IMG/VR virus record: IMGVR_UViG_3300001765_000097
Span: 1-55,664 of that record
Length of the DNA: 55,664 nt
Reading direction: 5' to 3' (one strand)
From: a virus
Taxonomy: Duplodnaviria > Caudoviricetes
The position numbers and the translations under genes are program-made. Below are positions 1 to 11,170 of the stretch, piece by piece (position 1 is the first letter of the stretch; every line of letters begins with the position of its first letter). The notes beneath the pieces are model-generated. The model made no database searches, had not been told where the DNA came from, and was given only the letters and a program-made list of their open reading frames with translations.

Positions 1-116
1 GATTTCAATAGTTTCTATTATTATAGTCCACAATACAAATTTATAGCGGTTAATGATGAATTTCTTATATTCGTATTATCACCTTTAGGTGGGTTTTCAA
101 AATTAGGTGTATTAAA

Positions 117-440
117 ATGACTAGTAGAGAGAAAATTTTAGGTCCCGCAATCAGAGTCATAAATGACAATTGTGTACAAGCCAAAATTTATACGTTACCA
201 ATACCCTTTTCACATAAAGATATTGACTTAGAAGGTATTAAGGCTAATAATACTAAAGTAATTGATGTGGATATTGAGTACACTATTGGTATTAGGATGA
301 CAGACGGATTCTATACAAACAAAAGAGTATTTATAAGCAGGTATGATGCTATGTTGGTTGCTAAAGAAGCTAATCAAATAAAGCATCCGTGGTTAGATAA
401 CGGGTTACATTTGTTCACCAATAATTTAAAAGGATATTGA
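117..440 (+). CDS. Hypothetical phage protein
   Basis: 107-aa ORF with AGGT upstream. The C-terminal GFYTNKRVFISRYDAMLVA..ANQI pattern resembles small conserved phage proteins; function unknown. Confidence 0.7.
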   Translation: MTSREKILGPAIRVINDNCVQAKIYTLPIPFSHKDIDLEGIKANNTKVIDVDIEYTIGIRMTDGFYTNKRVFISRYDAMLVAKEANQIKHPWLDNGLHLFTNNLKGY

Positions 441-443
441 AAA

Positions 444-1247
444 ATGGGTAAAAAGGCATTATGCATTAGTAAAGATCAAGCTAATGAACCGATTGAAAAA
501 TGGGTGACTAAATTAATAGATAGGGATATTTGTGAGACAGATGAATCTGTTTTACAAATTATTCCTTATATTACGTTAATAGATAAATTAACCGAAGAGA
601 TTTTCTCTTACACACGTGGCTCCGGTGGTAAAGAAAATAGATTACACTCTAAAATCAGCATAGGTATTGGTGGACATATTGATATCGATACCAGTGAAGA
701 TTTAGATATAATTTCTGTAATTGCAAAAGAGGCAGTCAGAGAAATTGAAGAAGAAGTAGGTTGTCAAGTAAGTGAAGATTATATTGAATCAATGTTAGAA
801 AACGGTGAATATGTTATTTTACATGTGCCACAATCTGATAATCAAGTAGATAGGGTTCATATTGGCGTCGCCATTGGTGTGGAAGTTAATAAACACGAAT
901 GTGATAAATTAGAAGATGGTGTAATCATGGATATTGAATGGTTATCCGAAGAAGAACTGATTTCAATATGCAAAGAAAAGCAGATCAGATTAGAGAAATG
1001 GTCTGATATATTAGCTAAATCTTTAATTGAAGTAAACGCGAAAGATAATGAACAAAGTGTTTACGTGGAGTTCACTACTTCTAATCAAACATTTAACATT
1101 GTTCTAAATGTAAATAAAGAGAGCATAAGCGAACAATTGCTTCGTTGGCATCAAGGTAATTCATCTTTATTCGGTTACGATGAGAATGGTTATAAAATGA
1201 TACTGGGTAAAGATCTGGGTCCTGTTTCTATTTGCACTTTAAGATAA
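444..1247 (+). CDS. Nudix-family hydrolase (MutT-like predicted phosphoesterase)
   Basis: Nudix box remnant EAVREIEEEVG, plus QIIPY, E.RLH.K.SIGIGGHI and RVHIG motifs. Has an extra ~70-aa C-terminal extension. Confidence 0.85.
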   Translation: MGKKALCISKDQANEPIEKWVTKLIDRDICETDESVLQIIPYITLIDKLTEEIFSYTRGSGGKENRLHSKISIGIGGHIDIDTSEDLDIISVIAKEAVREIEEEVGCQVSEDYIESMLENGEYVILHVPQSDNQVDRVHIGVAIGVEVNKHECDKLEDGVIMDIEWLSEEELISICKEKQIRLEKWSDILAKSLIEVNAKDNEQSVYVEFTTSNQTFNIVLNVNKESISEQLLRWHQGNSSLFGYDENGYKMILGKDLGPVSICTLR

Positions 1248-1250
1248 TAA

Positions 1251-1293
1251 ATATATAATCCACACACTTCTTATAGTGGTGTGGATTATATAT
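1251..1293 (+). terminator. Long hairpin, probable terminator
   Basis: 15-bp perfect arms ATATATAATCCACAC / GTGTGGATTATATAT directly after the stop codon. Confidence 0.7.
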
Positions 1294-1296
1294 CAA

Positions 1297-1331
1297 ATTC
1301 TAAATTTTTTAAACCACATATTACTAACTTG
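1297..1331 (+). promoter_or_regulatory. Early (virion RNAP-type) promoter P1
   Basis: TTCTAAA-T run-AAACCA, CATATTAC at 1317-1324, G at 1331. Matches the phiKZ early TATATTAC motif and eight other copies in this window. Confidence 0.75.
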
Positions 1332-1456
1332 AATATAGCCTGCACTGTATTCCCCCTAGTATTACGAAAGTGATACGAATCAGTCGTTTAACTTTTATTA
1401 GTTAGACATAATTAGTAATCTATTAAATTAGATTAAAATCCAATGGAGTATTTAAA

Positions 1457-1801
1457 ATGGCAGTTAATTTTATTAAAAATGACGATGATCGTACTAAATC
1501 ACGCATTTCGTCTAGTGTAACGGCTCTGAATTGTTTAGATAAAGTGAGCGTGACTTACCTTAAAGATAAATCAATCATTAATGTAGATTGCGACTTTAAA
1601 GGTATGCCCAATTTTGAGTTGGTTTGGAGCGAAGTGGATAAGTATTATCGTGTATATATTTTAGTAGCTAGTACTAACGGTGAAAAAATCAATGCGGGGT
1701 ACAATATCTTCAACATCAAAAACAACTATGTTGCTGCTGGTTTTGTGACGATGTATGGTTTAATTTACCATCACCGCGCATATAAATCATCTAAAGAATA
1801 A
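1457..1801 (+). CDS. Hypothetical early protein
   Basis: 114-aa ORF, GGAG SD, first gene after P1. Confidence 0.75.
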   Translation: MAVNFIKNDDDRTKSRISSSVTALNCLDKVSVTYLKDKSIINVDCDFKGMPNFELVWSEVDKYYRVYILVASTNGEKINAGYNIFNIKNNYVAAGFVTMYGLIYHHRAYKSSKE

Positions 1802-1815
1802 CCCTACCTAAAAGC

Positions 1816-2097
1816 GTGCAACAGATTGTAGGGTCTGTTGCACGTATTAACCAAATATTTTTTATGCTTAATATTTCAACGATTAAAAATTTAGAAAATT
1901 CTGAATTGCTTAGAATGTTAGACGATATTAAGCATCATAGTCCAATTATACTTGAATTGTGTAATAGATTAAATGACGCTGAAATAAATCTTGTAAATGT
2001 AAATATGAGAGTCGAATGTCCTGTTTGTAGAGCAGGCTTAATAGTCGATTTTGATGAAGCTAATAGCCTATTTAATCTTAATATTGACAAATCATGA
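1816..2097 (+). CDS. Hypothetical protein with a CPVC motif (start may be ATG 1864)
   Basis: ORF in operon context, ATGA overlap with the next gene. Confidence 0.6.
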   Translation: MQQIVGSVARINQIFFMLNISTIKNLENSELLRMLDDIKHHSPIILELCNRLNDAEINLVNVNMRVECPVCRAGLIVDFDEANSLFNLNIDKS

Positions 2098-2268
2098 CAG
2101 ATAAAATTTTGGTGTCAGCAGACGCATTACTAGATGTATTGCAAGCATTAAATGGACCTCATCATTTAGTTTTAGAATTACAAACTATCATGAGGCTTCC
2201 AGTTACTTCTTCTGAAAAATATAATCCAATTGGAAAATTAATGCAAGAATATAAAGATTGGATTAATA

Positions 2269-2294
<26 letters not shown>
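2094..2294 (+). CDS. Hypothetical protein
   Basis: 66-aa ORF with a 4-bp overlap indicating translational coupling. Confidence 0.65.
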
Positions 2295-4669
<2,375 letters not shown>

Positions 4670-4696
4670 ATATTTTTAAGTACAAAGAGGTTATTT

Positions 4697-5206
4697 ATGT
4701 TAAATCATTTCACTGAGTTAGATACAGGTTGCAATGACTATTATCCTGCAGTATACGTTATAATGTTTGAAAAAACAAATAAAATTTATGTGGGTGTAAC
4801 ATCTAATGCTTATAGACGTAGTCACAATGTTAGAACGTGTTTTAGTTATAACCGTACTCTTTCCAAAGCTTTACTTAATGAATACTCGAAATGTAAAGAA
4901 TATAAATTTCTTGTGTACAAAGCAAAATCTTTCGAAGAAGCTATTTTGGCTAAAAAAATAATTTTAGATTGTTATAAAGAAAGTGAATTATTATTAAATA
5001 AACGACTGGATCTTAATAATTTTAATTATTGGGGTTCTTGTACAAAAGAATACACATTTGTTTACGATAATGCAAGTAATTTAGAAAATACTAGTGTTTA
5101 TAATAATACTAGTATTTATGATAATAGTAGCGCTCAGCCACTAAATTCAATTGTTATAAATTACAAAATAAATAAACCTCCAAATACATCAATAATTAAT
5201 ATTTAA
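4697..5206 (+). CDS. GIY-YIG-like nuclease domain protein (possibly degenerate)
   Basis: AVYVIMFEKTNKIYVGVTSNAYRR matches GIY-X10-YIG plus the conserved Arg. Low-complexity N/S/T tail with 18-bp tandem repeats; no NUMOD repeats. Confidence 0.6.
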   Translation: MLNHFTELDTGCNDYYPAVYVIMFEKTNKIYVGVTSNAYRRSHNVRTCFSYNRTLSKALLNEYSKCKEYKFLVYKAKSFEEAILAKKIILDCYKESELLLNKRLDLNNFNYWGSCTKEYTFVYDNASNLENTSVYNNTSIYDNSSAQPLNSIVINYKINKPPNTSIINI

Positions 5207-5209
5207 AAT

Positions 5210-5836
5210 ATGGATAATGTCACATCTGAAAAGGTAAAGTTATATCGAATGCTTTTGTTGTACGACCATATAACAAACACATTCTTAAATTTACTTTTTC
5301 ATACTTTTAAACTGATGTTTAAAAAACATGCAATGGTTAGAGAGCATGGTGTGCCAAACACCTATTACTATCTAACCGATGATGCACTAAACAGGTTAGA
5401 TAGTTTCAAAACACATTTTTACGCAATTGATAGCGAAACATGTTGTTTTGAAATAGAGGTGGATTCTGTAGTTTTAAAAAACAAGTTGTTAACATTGTCT
5501 TTCTATAACTCTACATCAGACACCGTGGTGGAGTTTATAAATGCAGCTACTAAAATCACATTAGATGTTTATATTCAAATGTCAAATGGTGCAAATGTTA
5601 ACGATTGTAAACCTGAACCTAATATTGAACAAATGTCTAATGTAGGGTTTATAAAAAGAATTAAAAGAATTGAAGAGGGCGGGCAAATGTTTAAATATGT
5701 AATTTCGTTTGATGATGACACTTATCATAATGTAATTACACCTAATGCATTGTTGCCACAAATTCAAGTAGGTGATTTCGCGCATTTAGATGAATCTAAC
5801 AACTTTAATTTTATTTCTAAAAATTCAATACATTAA
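5210..5836 (+). CDS. Hypothetical protein
   Basis: 208-aa ORF starting 3 bp after the previous stop. Confidence 0.7.
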   Translation: MDNVTSEKVKLYRMLLLYDHITNTFLNLLFHTFKLMFKKHAMVREHGVPNTYYYLTDDALNRLDSFKTHFYAIDSETCCFEIEVDSVVLKNKLLTLSFYNSTSDTVVEFINAATKITLDVYIQMSNGANVNDCKPEPNIEQMSNVGFIKRIKRIEEGGQMFKYVISFDDDTYHNVITPNALLPQIQVGDFAHLDESNNFNFISKNSIH

Positions 5837-5855
5837 ATTAATAAGGAAATTACTT

Positions 5856-6638
5856 ATGATACTCGCCGACAAACAAATCATTCAACTGTGTAAACTTCCT
5901 AAATTTGTAATCGTTAGGAAAAAAAGTGTAGTTCAAAATATAATGAACGAAGAAGGTGTGTCAATACCGAAGCTAGTCCCAGTCACAACTTATGAATATT
6001 CGTATTTAACAATAAACGAAATTAACGACGTTGCTACTGAGAAAAAAGATAATTCAATTATTGATATAAGAGAATTAACTGAAGAGGAAATATTTCAGCA
6101 AAAGGTAATGATTTATCCTTTTTCAGAAAATCAAATAAGAGAAAATGAATTAGCCGATGGAACAATTGAGAAAATAATTTCGTATGGATGCGGTCCATAT
6201 TCTTACGATCTTACGCTATCTTCAGAATTTAAAGTATTTACTAATATAAATAGCGCAGTAATAGACCCTAAAGATTTTAACGAAAAAACGTATACTGAAA
6301 TTAAAACCGACATGTTGATTGTTCCACCTAATTCATTTGTTCTAGGTAAAACAAATGAATATATAAACATGCCAAATGTTTTAACTGGTATACTTTTATC
6401 AAAGTCCACATATGCCAGAGTTGGCTTAAACATGTTTGCTACAGTCGTGCAGTGTGGGTTCTCTGGACAAATTGTGCTAGAATTTGCAAACACTACATCA
6501 CTGCCAATAAAACTCCATGCAAATGAAGGTTGTGCCCAAATGCTCTTTTTAAGAGGTGACACAGCTCCATCATCTACATATGCTGATCAAGGTGGAAAAT
6601 ATATGTATCAGACATCTGTTCAGACTTCTTTACTATAA
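5856..6638 (+). CDS. dcd: dCTP deaminase with N-terminal insertion
   Basis: MILADKQI start with AAGGA SD at ATG 5856 (rather than 5790). Motifs ISYG..YSYD, EFKVFTNINS.VIDPK.F, VPPNSF.LG, KSTYAR.G, G.IVLEF.N, EG.AQ.LF, GKY..Q. Confidence 0.92.
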   Translation: MILADKQIIQLCKLPKFVIVRKKSVVQNIMNEEGVSIPKLVPVTTYEYSYLTINEINDVATEKKDNSIIDIRELTEEEIFQQKVMIYPFSENQIRENELADGTIEKIISYGCGPYSYDLTLSSEFKVFTNINSAVIDPKDFNEKTYTEIKTDMLIVPPNSFVLGKTNEYINMPNVLTGILLSKSTYARVGLNMFATVVQCGFSGQIVLEFANTTSLPIKLHANEGCAQMLFLRGDTAPSSTYADQGGKYMYQTSVQTSLL

Positions 6639-6640
6639 AC

Positions 6641-6799
6641 ATGCTAACATCGATATATAAATTATTGGTTATAATAACTGCAATTATTATATTAACACCA
6701 ATTTTAATAGGTGCATCAATTACATTAATAGCAATTGATGTTTTCTTATTAATTTCTATATTTACAATGGCTTTACCAAATAAATTAATTAAAAAATAA
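6641..6799 (+). CDS. Small membrane protein, 52 aa (absent from ORF track)
   Basis: Manual translation MLTSIYKLLVIITAIIILTPILIGASITLIAIDVFLLISIFTMALPNKLIKK. Starts 2 bp after the dcd stop and fills the gap almost exactly. Confidence 0.6.
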   Translation: MLTSIYKLLVIITAIIILTPILIGASITLIAIDVFLLISIFTMALPNKLIKK

Positions 6800-6813
6800 T
6801 TAATATAAACATC

Positions 6814-7446
6814 ATGAAAGTACTGTGTAATTTTGAACTAAAATCAGATCAAAATAAAGAATACGAACCTTGGCTTGAAGATATTTTTATAAATCTTGAA
6901 AATTATAGCCAAAGTGATTTTGTGTTAAGAGTGTCAAAAGAATCTCACAATAGGGCTATAAATTATCGTATTGATAATAAAAAGAATAAATCTTATTCAA
7001 TTATTAATAAACGCAGAGATAACATTACAGTAAAAACATATAAAAAATGTTTACCTAGTAACACCGATTATATCAAACCACCTTACGAGTTAGTTTACGA
7101 AAAAATTTATTTAAATACACCTGAAGATAAAATAATTATTGCCAAAGATCTGGTGGCTATCTTAGATAACCATAACGAATACAGTGAAAATAGAGTAAAG
7201 AAAATCACTGTATCTTTACTCTACAAATACAATTCCGACACATATTTTGGTGGACCCATTACTGATATAATGGATGCAGATGAAAATAAAATAATTTTCA
7301 TACCGACAGGTGAGTCTTTTATGTTGCCTACCGAGGAACTGACTACTAAAAGAGCGGCTATTGGTAAATTCATTATTATGGATAAATCGTTAAAGTTTGA
7401 TATTTTCTTTCACAGCGAAATATCACAATATTTTAATTTGGTCTAG
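6814..7446 (+). CDS. Hypothetical protein
   Basis: 210-aa ORF in operon. Confidence 0.7.
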   Translation: MKVLCNFELKSDQNKEYEPWLEDIFINLENYSQSDFVLRVSKESHNRAINYRIDNKKNKSYSIINKRRDNITVKTYKKCLPSNTDYIKPPYELVYEKIYLNTPEDKIIIAKDLVAILDNHNEYSENRVKKITVSLLYKYNSDTYFGGPITDIMDADENKIIFIPTGESFMLPTEELTTKRAAIGKFIIMDKSLKFDIFFHSEISQYFNLV

Positions 7447-7475
7447 ATTAGTTAATTGTTTAAAAAGGTAAAATT

Positions 7476-7961
7476 ATGAGCGTTGAAACGGATACACGTG
7501 AAATGACAATTGAATCATTATTTGATGATTTTTATTCAGATAAAATCGAAGCTATTATATACAAGGATATTAATGTCGTTTTTACAGAATTAAAAGAATT
7601 CATTTTTAATAATACGAATAATTTTACAGTTCAACCTACGCAGTTCACATGCGAAGTAACTACCGATTTAACAAAGATAGATTATTCTAAAAATATTCTA
7701 AATATTGAGTGGTGTGATTTTTCAGTTGATGGTATCTACACATTACGCAGAAACGAATATAATGATCAACATACAGACGTCATATTTACTGATGCAGAAG
7801 CAGAATTATGGCTAGAGGGTGAAAATATACCAGATGTCATTAAAGAAGCGGAGCCCTGTAGAATAACTGGATCAAAAGGAACGGTGTTTGCAGATGACTA
7901 CGATTTAGATGAACCTAACGACTTAATCGATCGCTACTTGGAACTAGAAGACGATGATTAA
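7476..7961 (+). CDS. Highly acidic hypothetical protein
   Basis: AAGGT SD. About 40 D/E versus 12 K/R in 161 aa by manual count. Confidence 0.75.
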   Translation: MSVETDTREMTIESLFDDFYSDKIEAIIYKDINVVFTELKEFIFNNTNNFTVQPTQFTCEVTTDLTKIDYSKNILNIEWCDFSVDGIYTLRRNEYNDQHTDVIFTDAEAELWLEGENIPDVIKEAEPCRITGSKGTVFADDYDLDEPNDLIDRYLELEDDD

Positions 7962-8205
7962 AAAAGAAGATGTTAAAGATCTTGAATTGGCTCTACATAG
8001 AAAATTGCTTAACATTGGTTCTGATATTAGAAAATGCAGGAAAGTGAAATCACCTGACACTGTAATATTAGAAGTTCTTAAAAAGAAAAGAAAACTTGTA
8101 GATGCCACTTTAAATGCTACTAAACAGTTCTATAATCATTTTGATTCTTATATTGAACCCGATGCACTATATAGTCAATATATTCGACTATATAGGGATT
8201 TATAA
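7954..8205 (+). CDS. Small basic hypothetical protein
   Basis: 8-bp overlap with the upstream gene; K/R-rich helical sequence. Confidence 0.7.
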   Translation: MIKKEDVKDLELALHRKLLNIGSDIRKCRKVKSPDTVILEVLKKKRKLVDATLNATKQFYNHFDSYIEPDALYSQYIRLYRDL

Positions 8206-8223
8206 ACAAAAGGAAATATTACA

Positions 8224-8478
8224 ATGGAACTGAAAGAAAAGAAAATTGCACCCATTAAAATTAGATTATTAGGTCTATGGTACGCAATTAAATATCTGTT
8301 TAACATGGGTGGCATGTTCATAAAAACACAAACTAAAGTAGAAATAAGTAATTCTAGTGAATTAATTGTCAGCTATTGGGGGTTCAATATAGTTAATAAC
8401 AAATGGGTGAATCACCATGTTATTTATGACGGTCACAATAAACCACTGGGTTATATAGATGGTACACTGATTTCTTAA
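8224..8478 (+). CDS. Hypothetical protein
   Basis: AAGGA SD, 84 aa. Confidence 0.7.
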   Translation: MELKEKKIAPIKIRLLGLWYAIKYLFNMGGMFIKTQTKVEISNSSELIVSYWGFNIVNNKWVNHHVIYDGHNKPLGYIDGTLIS

Positions 8479-8481
8479 AAT

Positions 8482-8706
8482 ATGAATTCGCATCAAAGAA
8501 GAATATTTAAAAGAAAAATGAGTAAAGAACTTTGCTCAAACTGCAATGAACCCGGCGAACATTACGTAGTCGGGTATGGTTTTAATTCAGGATTTTGGAC
8601 TTGTTCAAAATACTACGGTGCAGATGGTAGAAGATTACCGGAATACATCGATGATCATCCTTTCAATACTGCAATAGCAATGTCAATATTAACATCAATT
8701 AAATAA
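8482..8706 (+). CDS. Small putative Zn-binding protein
   Basis: Basic N-terminus MNSHQRR and a CSNC..H..C pattern. Confidence 0.65.
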   Translation: MNSHQRRIFKRKMSKELCSNCNEPGEHYVVGYGFNSGFWTCSKYYGADGRRLPEYIDDHPFNTAIAMSILTSIK

Positions 8707-8722
8707 AAAGGAAATTTATATA

Positions 8723-9262
8723 ATGAAAACTCAAACCAAAATAAAAGTGCTTCCACATATCGCCGTGTATGATTTCATCTTAAACAATCCTGGGGCATGT
8801 AAAGCGTGCGTGGCTGAGAATTTCGACTTCTGTGTCATGCCGGCCTTAGATGAGCTTTTAGATCAGGGTAGGATCACAGTTACAGACCAAGGTTTATTTA
8901 ATGTCGTCACTACTGCATCCGGTCACTCAGCTAAACGGATAAAAGAGACTGTTATTAAAATTGTCGATGATGATTATAAACCATTGAAGTTTTCATCAAC
9001 ATCAGATTACATTAGATCATCAATGATGAATTCGGCAATGGAAGGTCATCTTGAGCGTGGTGATAAATCGGTCCCCGAACCACTGAGTTCAAAAACCCAA
9101 TTTTTTAAAGATAGCTTGATCCAATTAGACTCAAGAGATTATGATCTGGTTAATCAAATCAGAGATAGTTTCTTGAAAGTTCACGGAGTTGAGTTATCTA
9201 ATACTCAGGTTGTCAAACGAGCATTATGGCTCTCAGTGGCTGCAATAACGGATATGAAGTAA
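8723..9262 (+). CDS. Putative DNA-binding protein (wHTH-like N-terminus, RHH-like C-terminus)
   Basis: AVYDFILNNPG..L.ELLDQGRI resembles a winged helix. The C-terminal LIQLDSRDYDLVNQIR..HGVELSNTQVVKRAL resembles a ribbon-helix-helix. Confidence 0.6.
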   Translation: MKTQTKIKVLPHIAVYDFILNNPGACKACVAENFDFCVMPALDELLDQGRITVTDQGLFNVVTTASGHSAKRIKETVIKIVDDDYKPLKFSSTSDYIRSSMMNSAMEGHLERGDKSVPEPLSSKTQFFKDSLIQLDSRDYDLVNQIRDSFLKVHGVELSNTQVVKRALWLSVAAITDMK

Positions 9263-9267
9263 AACAA

Positions 9268-9312
9268 CATATTACCTAAACTACCCTTAATTGAGTAGTT
9301 TAGGTAAATATG
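9268..9312 (+). terminator. Long hairpin, probable terminator
   Basis: Near-perfect arms CATATTACCTAAACTAC / GTAGTTTAGGTAAATATG. Confidence 0.7.
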
Positions 9313-9347
9313 ATTCTAGAAAATTTTAATCTTATATTACTAAATTG
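9313..9347 (+). promoter_or_regulatory. Early promoter P2
   Basis: ATTCTAGA..TTTTAATCT, TATATTAC at 9333-9340, G at 9347. Confidence 0.8.
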
Positions 9348-9401
9348 TAGACCAGGTCATAAAACATACCTATATAAAAATGTTTAAATTTTGGAGATCA
9401 C

Positions 9402-10127
9402 ATGCATAATTGTGTAAACAATATAAACCCAGCAACTGAAGATGTTTGCATTTATCAACACTCAGCGCAACTAGAAATTTGTCATCCAGACGTAATAATG
9501 GAATTATATATAACACCACATAAACAGTTCTATATGAATATGGAAACAAATTTGATTGAGAGAATTAAATCTAAAATACATTTGACTTCAAAGGAAGCAT
9601 TCGAATGGATTGAAGATAATTGTCCGGAATATCAAAGTGAGGTTATTAGAATTATGAATAGTTTAGATAAAACCAGACTCAGAAATTACCGCTCGACAGC
9701 TAATAAAATTTGGGATTTTATCAAAAGTAACCCAAATTGTACGTTTAAAGACATTTCTGAAAAATTTAAAAATGTTTCTTCAAATCCAACACCTGTTATT
9801 CAATATATGCTTAATTTAGGTATCATCACAACTAATAGAGAATATTCTGTAAATGACAGAAAATACAATGCAATCGGTCCTAAATATATGACAAAGAAAA
9901 TTTTTAAAGAGTATGTTAAATCCGAATCATCCAAACAATCCGTTGTTTCAACTACAGACGAAAGCGGTAATATGAGCATCAACGTTGATACGCAAACAGT
10001 GGCTCCAACTACAGTCCTTAACAAAATTCAAGAAAAAATCGCCTCTCTTCATGCGGAAGAGAAAACCCATGCTAATGAAAAAGTTGAAGCTGATACAAAT
10101 ACCAAAGCCAAAAAAACCAGTGATTAA
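9402..10127 (+). CDS. Putative DNA-binding protein with central wHTH-like domain
   Basis: GGAG SD. KIWDFIKSNPNCTFKDISEKF..IQYMLNLGII is similar to the N-terminus of 8723..9262. Confidence 0.7.
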   Translation: MHNCVNNINPATEDVCIYQHSAQLEICHPDVIMELYITPHKQFYMNMETNLIERIKSKIHLTSKEAFEWIEDNCPEYQSEVIRIMNSLDKTRLRNYRSTANKIWDFIKSNPNCTFKDISEKFKNVSSNPTPVIQYMLNLGIITTNREYSVNDRKYNAIGPKYMTKKIFKEYVKSESSKQSVVSTTDESGNMSINVDTQTVAPTTVLNKIQEKIASLHAEEKTHANEKVEADTNTKAKKTSD

Positions 10128-10128
10128 A

Positions 10129-10368
10129 ATGCAACTAGGTGAATCAATTGATTTTTCTGATAAATCAATGAAAATCATGCAAGATGCCCAAATTCAACTG
10201 GCTATCATATTTGGATTTAAACCTACGCTTTCTCAAACATTGGAACATATTTTAAACAATGTTCAAAAAGATTTAAGTAATTTCCAACACTCAGGACCAA
10301 AGCCAGGTCCGGAGTACTATAGAACACAGTCTGGTTTTTTCCCATCACCCAACCAACCTAAATGGTAA
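10129..10368 (+). CDS. RHH-like small protein, or frameshifted C-terminus of the upstream gene
   Basis: The frame is open from 9985 and ATG 10129 lies 1 bp after the upstream stop. IDFSDKSMKIMQDAQ..FGFKPTLSQTLEHIL parallels 10417 (LGFMPTMEQTISNIF). Confidence 0.65.
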   Translation: MQLGESIDFSDKSMKIMQDAQIQLAIIFGFKPTLSQTLEHILNNVQKDLSNFQHSGPKPGPEYYRTQSGFFPSPNQPKW

Positions 10369-10416
10369 TGGTAAATTTTAAACCAACTTTAATTGAAACT
10401 AACCAAAAGGAAATTT

Positions 10417-11079
10417 ATGCCTAATCAAATCAACATCGAAAAAGAAATTATTGAACCAGTTTTGTATAGCTATGTATTGAAAAGCAGCGAAGAGAAACTG
10501 TTCCAAGCTGTTCAGAAGGATTTGTTTGATCAATTGGGTTTTATGCCTACTATGGAACAAACCATTTCAAACATATTTCTCATATCTAGAGGTGTAAATT
10601 CTACACCTATAGACTACACGTTACCTGAAATTGTAAAGAGAAAATTAGATGCTTTTGAGGTCGCGTTAAAAATCAAAAATGATAATTATAATTGTAATGT
10701 TAATGATAAATACGTTATTTATTCAATCGGATCTAATACCGGTCATCAAAAGGGATTTAGTCTCACTATTGAACAAGCTATATCTTGTATGTTTACACAG
10801 GCAAATAGAAATCATGTTACTACAATGCAACATTTTAATGGTCCTGTTCAGCAGCCATATAATCCTAACGTACAAAACAATGTAGGTGTGCATCCACAGC
10901 ATTCTTTTGCCAGGGATTATGCACCAAATTGTGACGAAACGGATGACGACGATGCATCTTGGGACGACGTAAAAGAACTCGTAAAAAAGTACGCAAAAAA
11001 GTATAGTAAAAAGTATACTAAATTTTATGCCGAAAATTTAGCTGATCAATTAGGTGTTGATCTAGACGACGACAATTGA
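10417..11079 (+). CDS. Hypothetical protein with N-terminal RHH-like segment and acidic/KKY-repeat tail
   Basis: AAGGA SD favours ATG 10417. A 12-bp tandem repeat x3 at 10984-11019 encodes KKYA KKYS KKYT. Confidence 0.7.
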   Translation: MPNQINIEKEIIEPVLYSYVLKSSEEKLFQAVQKDLFDQLGFMPTMEQTISNIFLISRGVNSTPIDYTLPEIVKRKLDAFEVALKIKNDNYNCNVNDKYVIYSIGSNTGHQKGFSLTIEQAISCMFTQANRNHVTTMQHFNGPVQQPYNPNVQNNVGVHPQHSFARDYAPNCDETDDDDASWDDVKELVKKYAKKYSKKYTKFYAENLADQLGVDLDDDN

Positions 11080-11113
11080 TTAGTTAGGGCAATTCTAATA
11101 TGTTGTTTTAAAT

Positions 11114-11161
11114 CATATTACCCATCACTGAGCCAAATAAGGTTCAGTGATGGGTAATATG
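11114..11161. terminator. Bidirectional hairpin between convergent genes
   Basis: Arms CATATTACCCATCACTGA / TCAGTGATGGGTAATATG. Confidence 0.8.
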
Positions 11162-11170
11162 TATATTTTT

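Noticed and set aside
5890-6110. Intein in dCTP deaminase
   Set aside because: Too short and lacks the C-terminal HN-C/S/T splice motif.
5640-7446. Possible paralogy between C-termini of the 5210 and 6814 proteins (I..I...I.F...VG.F...D...F)
   Set aside because: Similarity is too weak to assert by eye; needs profile-profile comparison.
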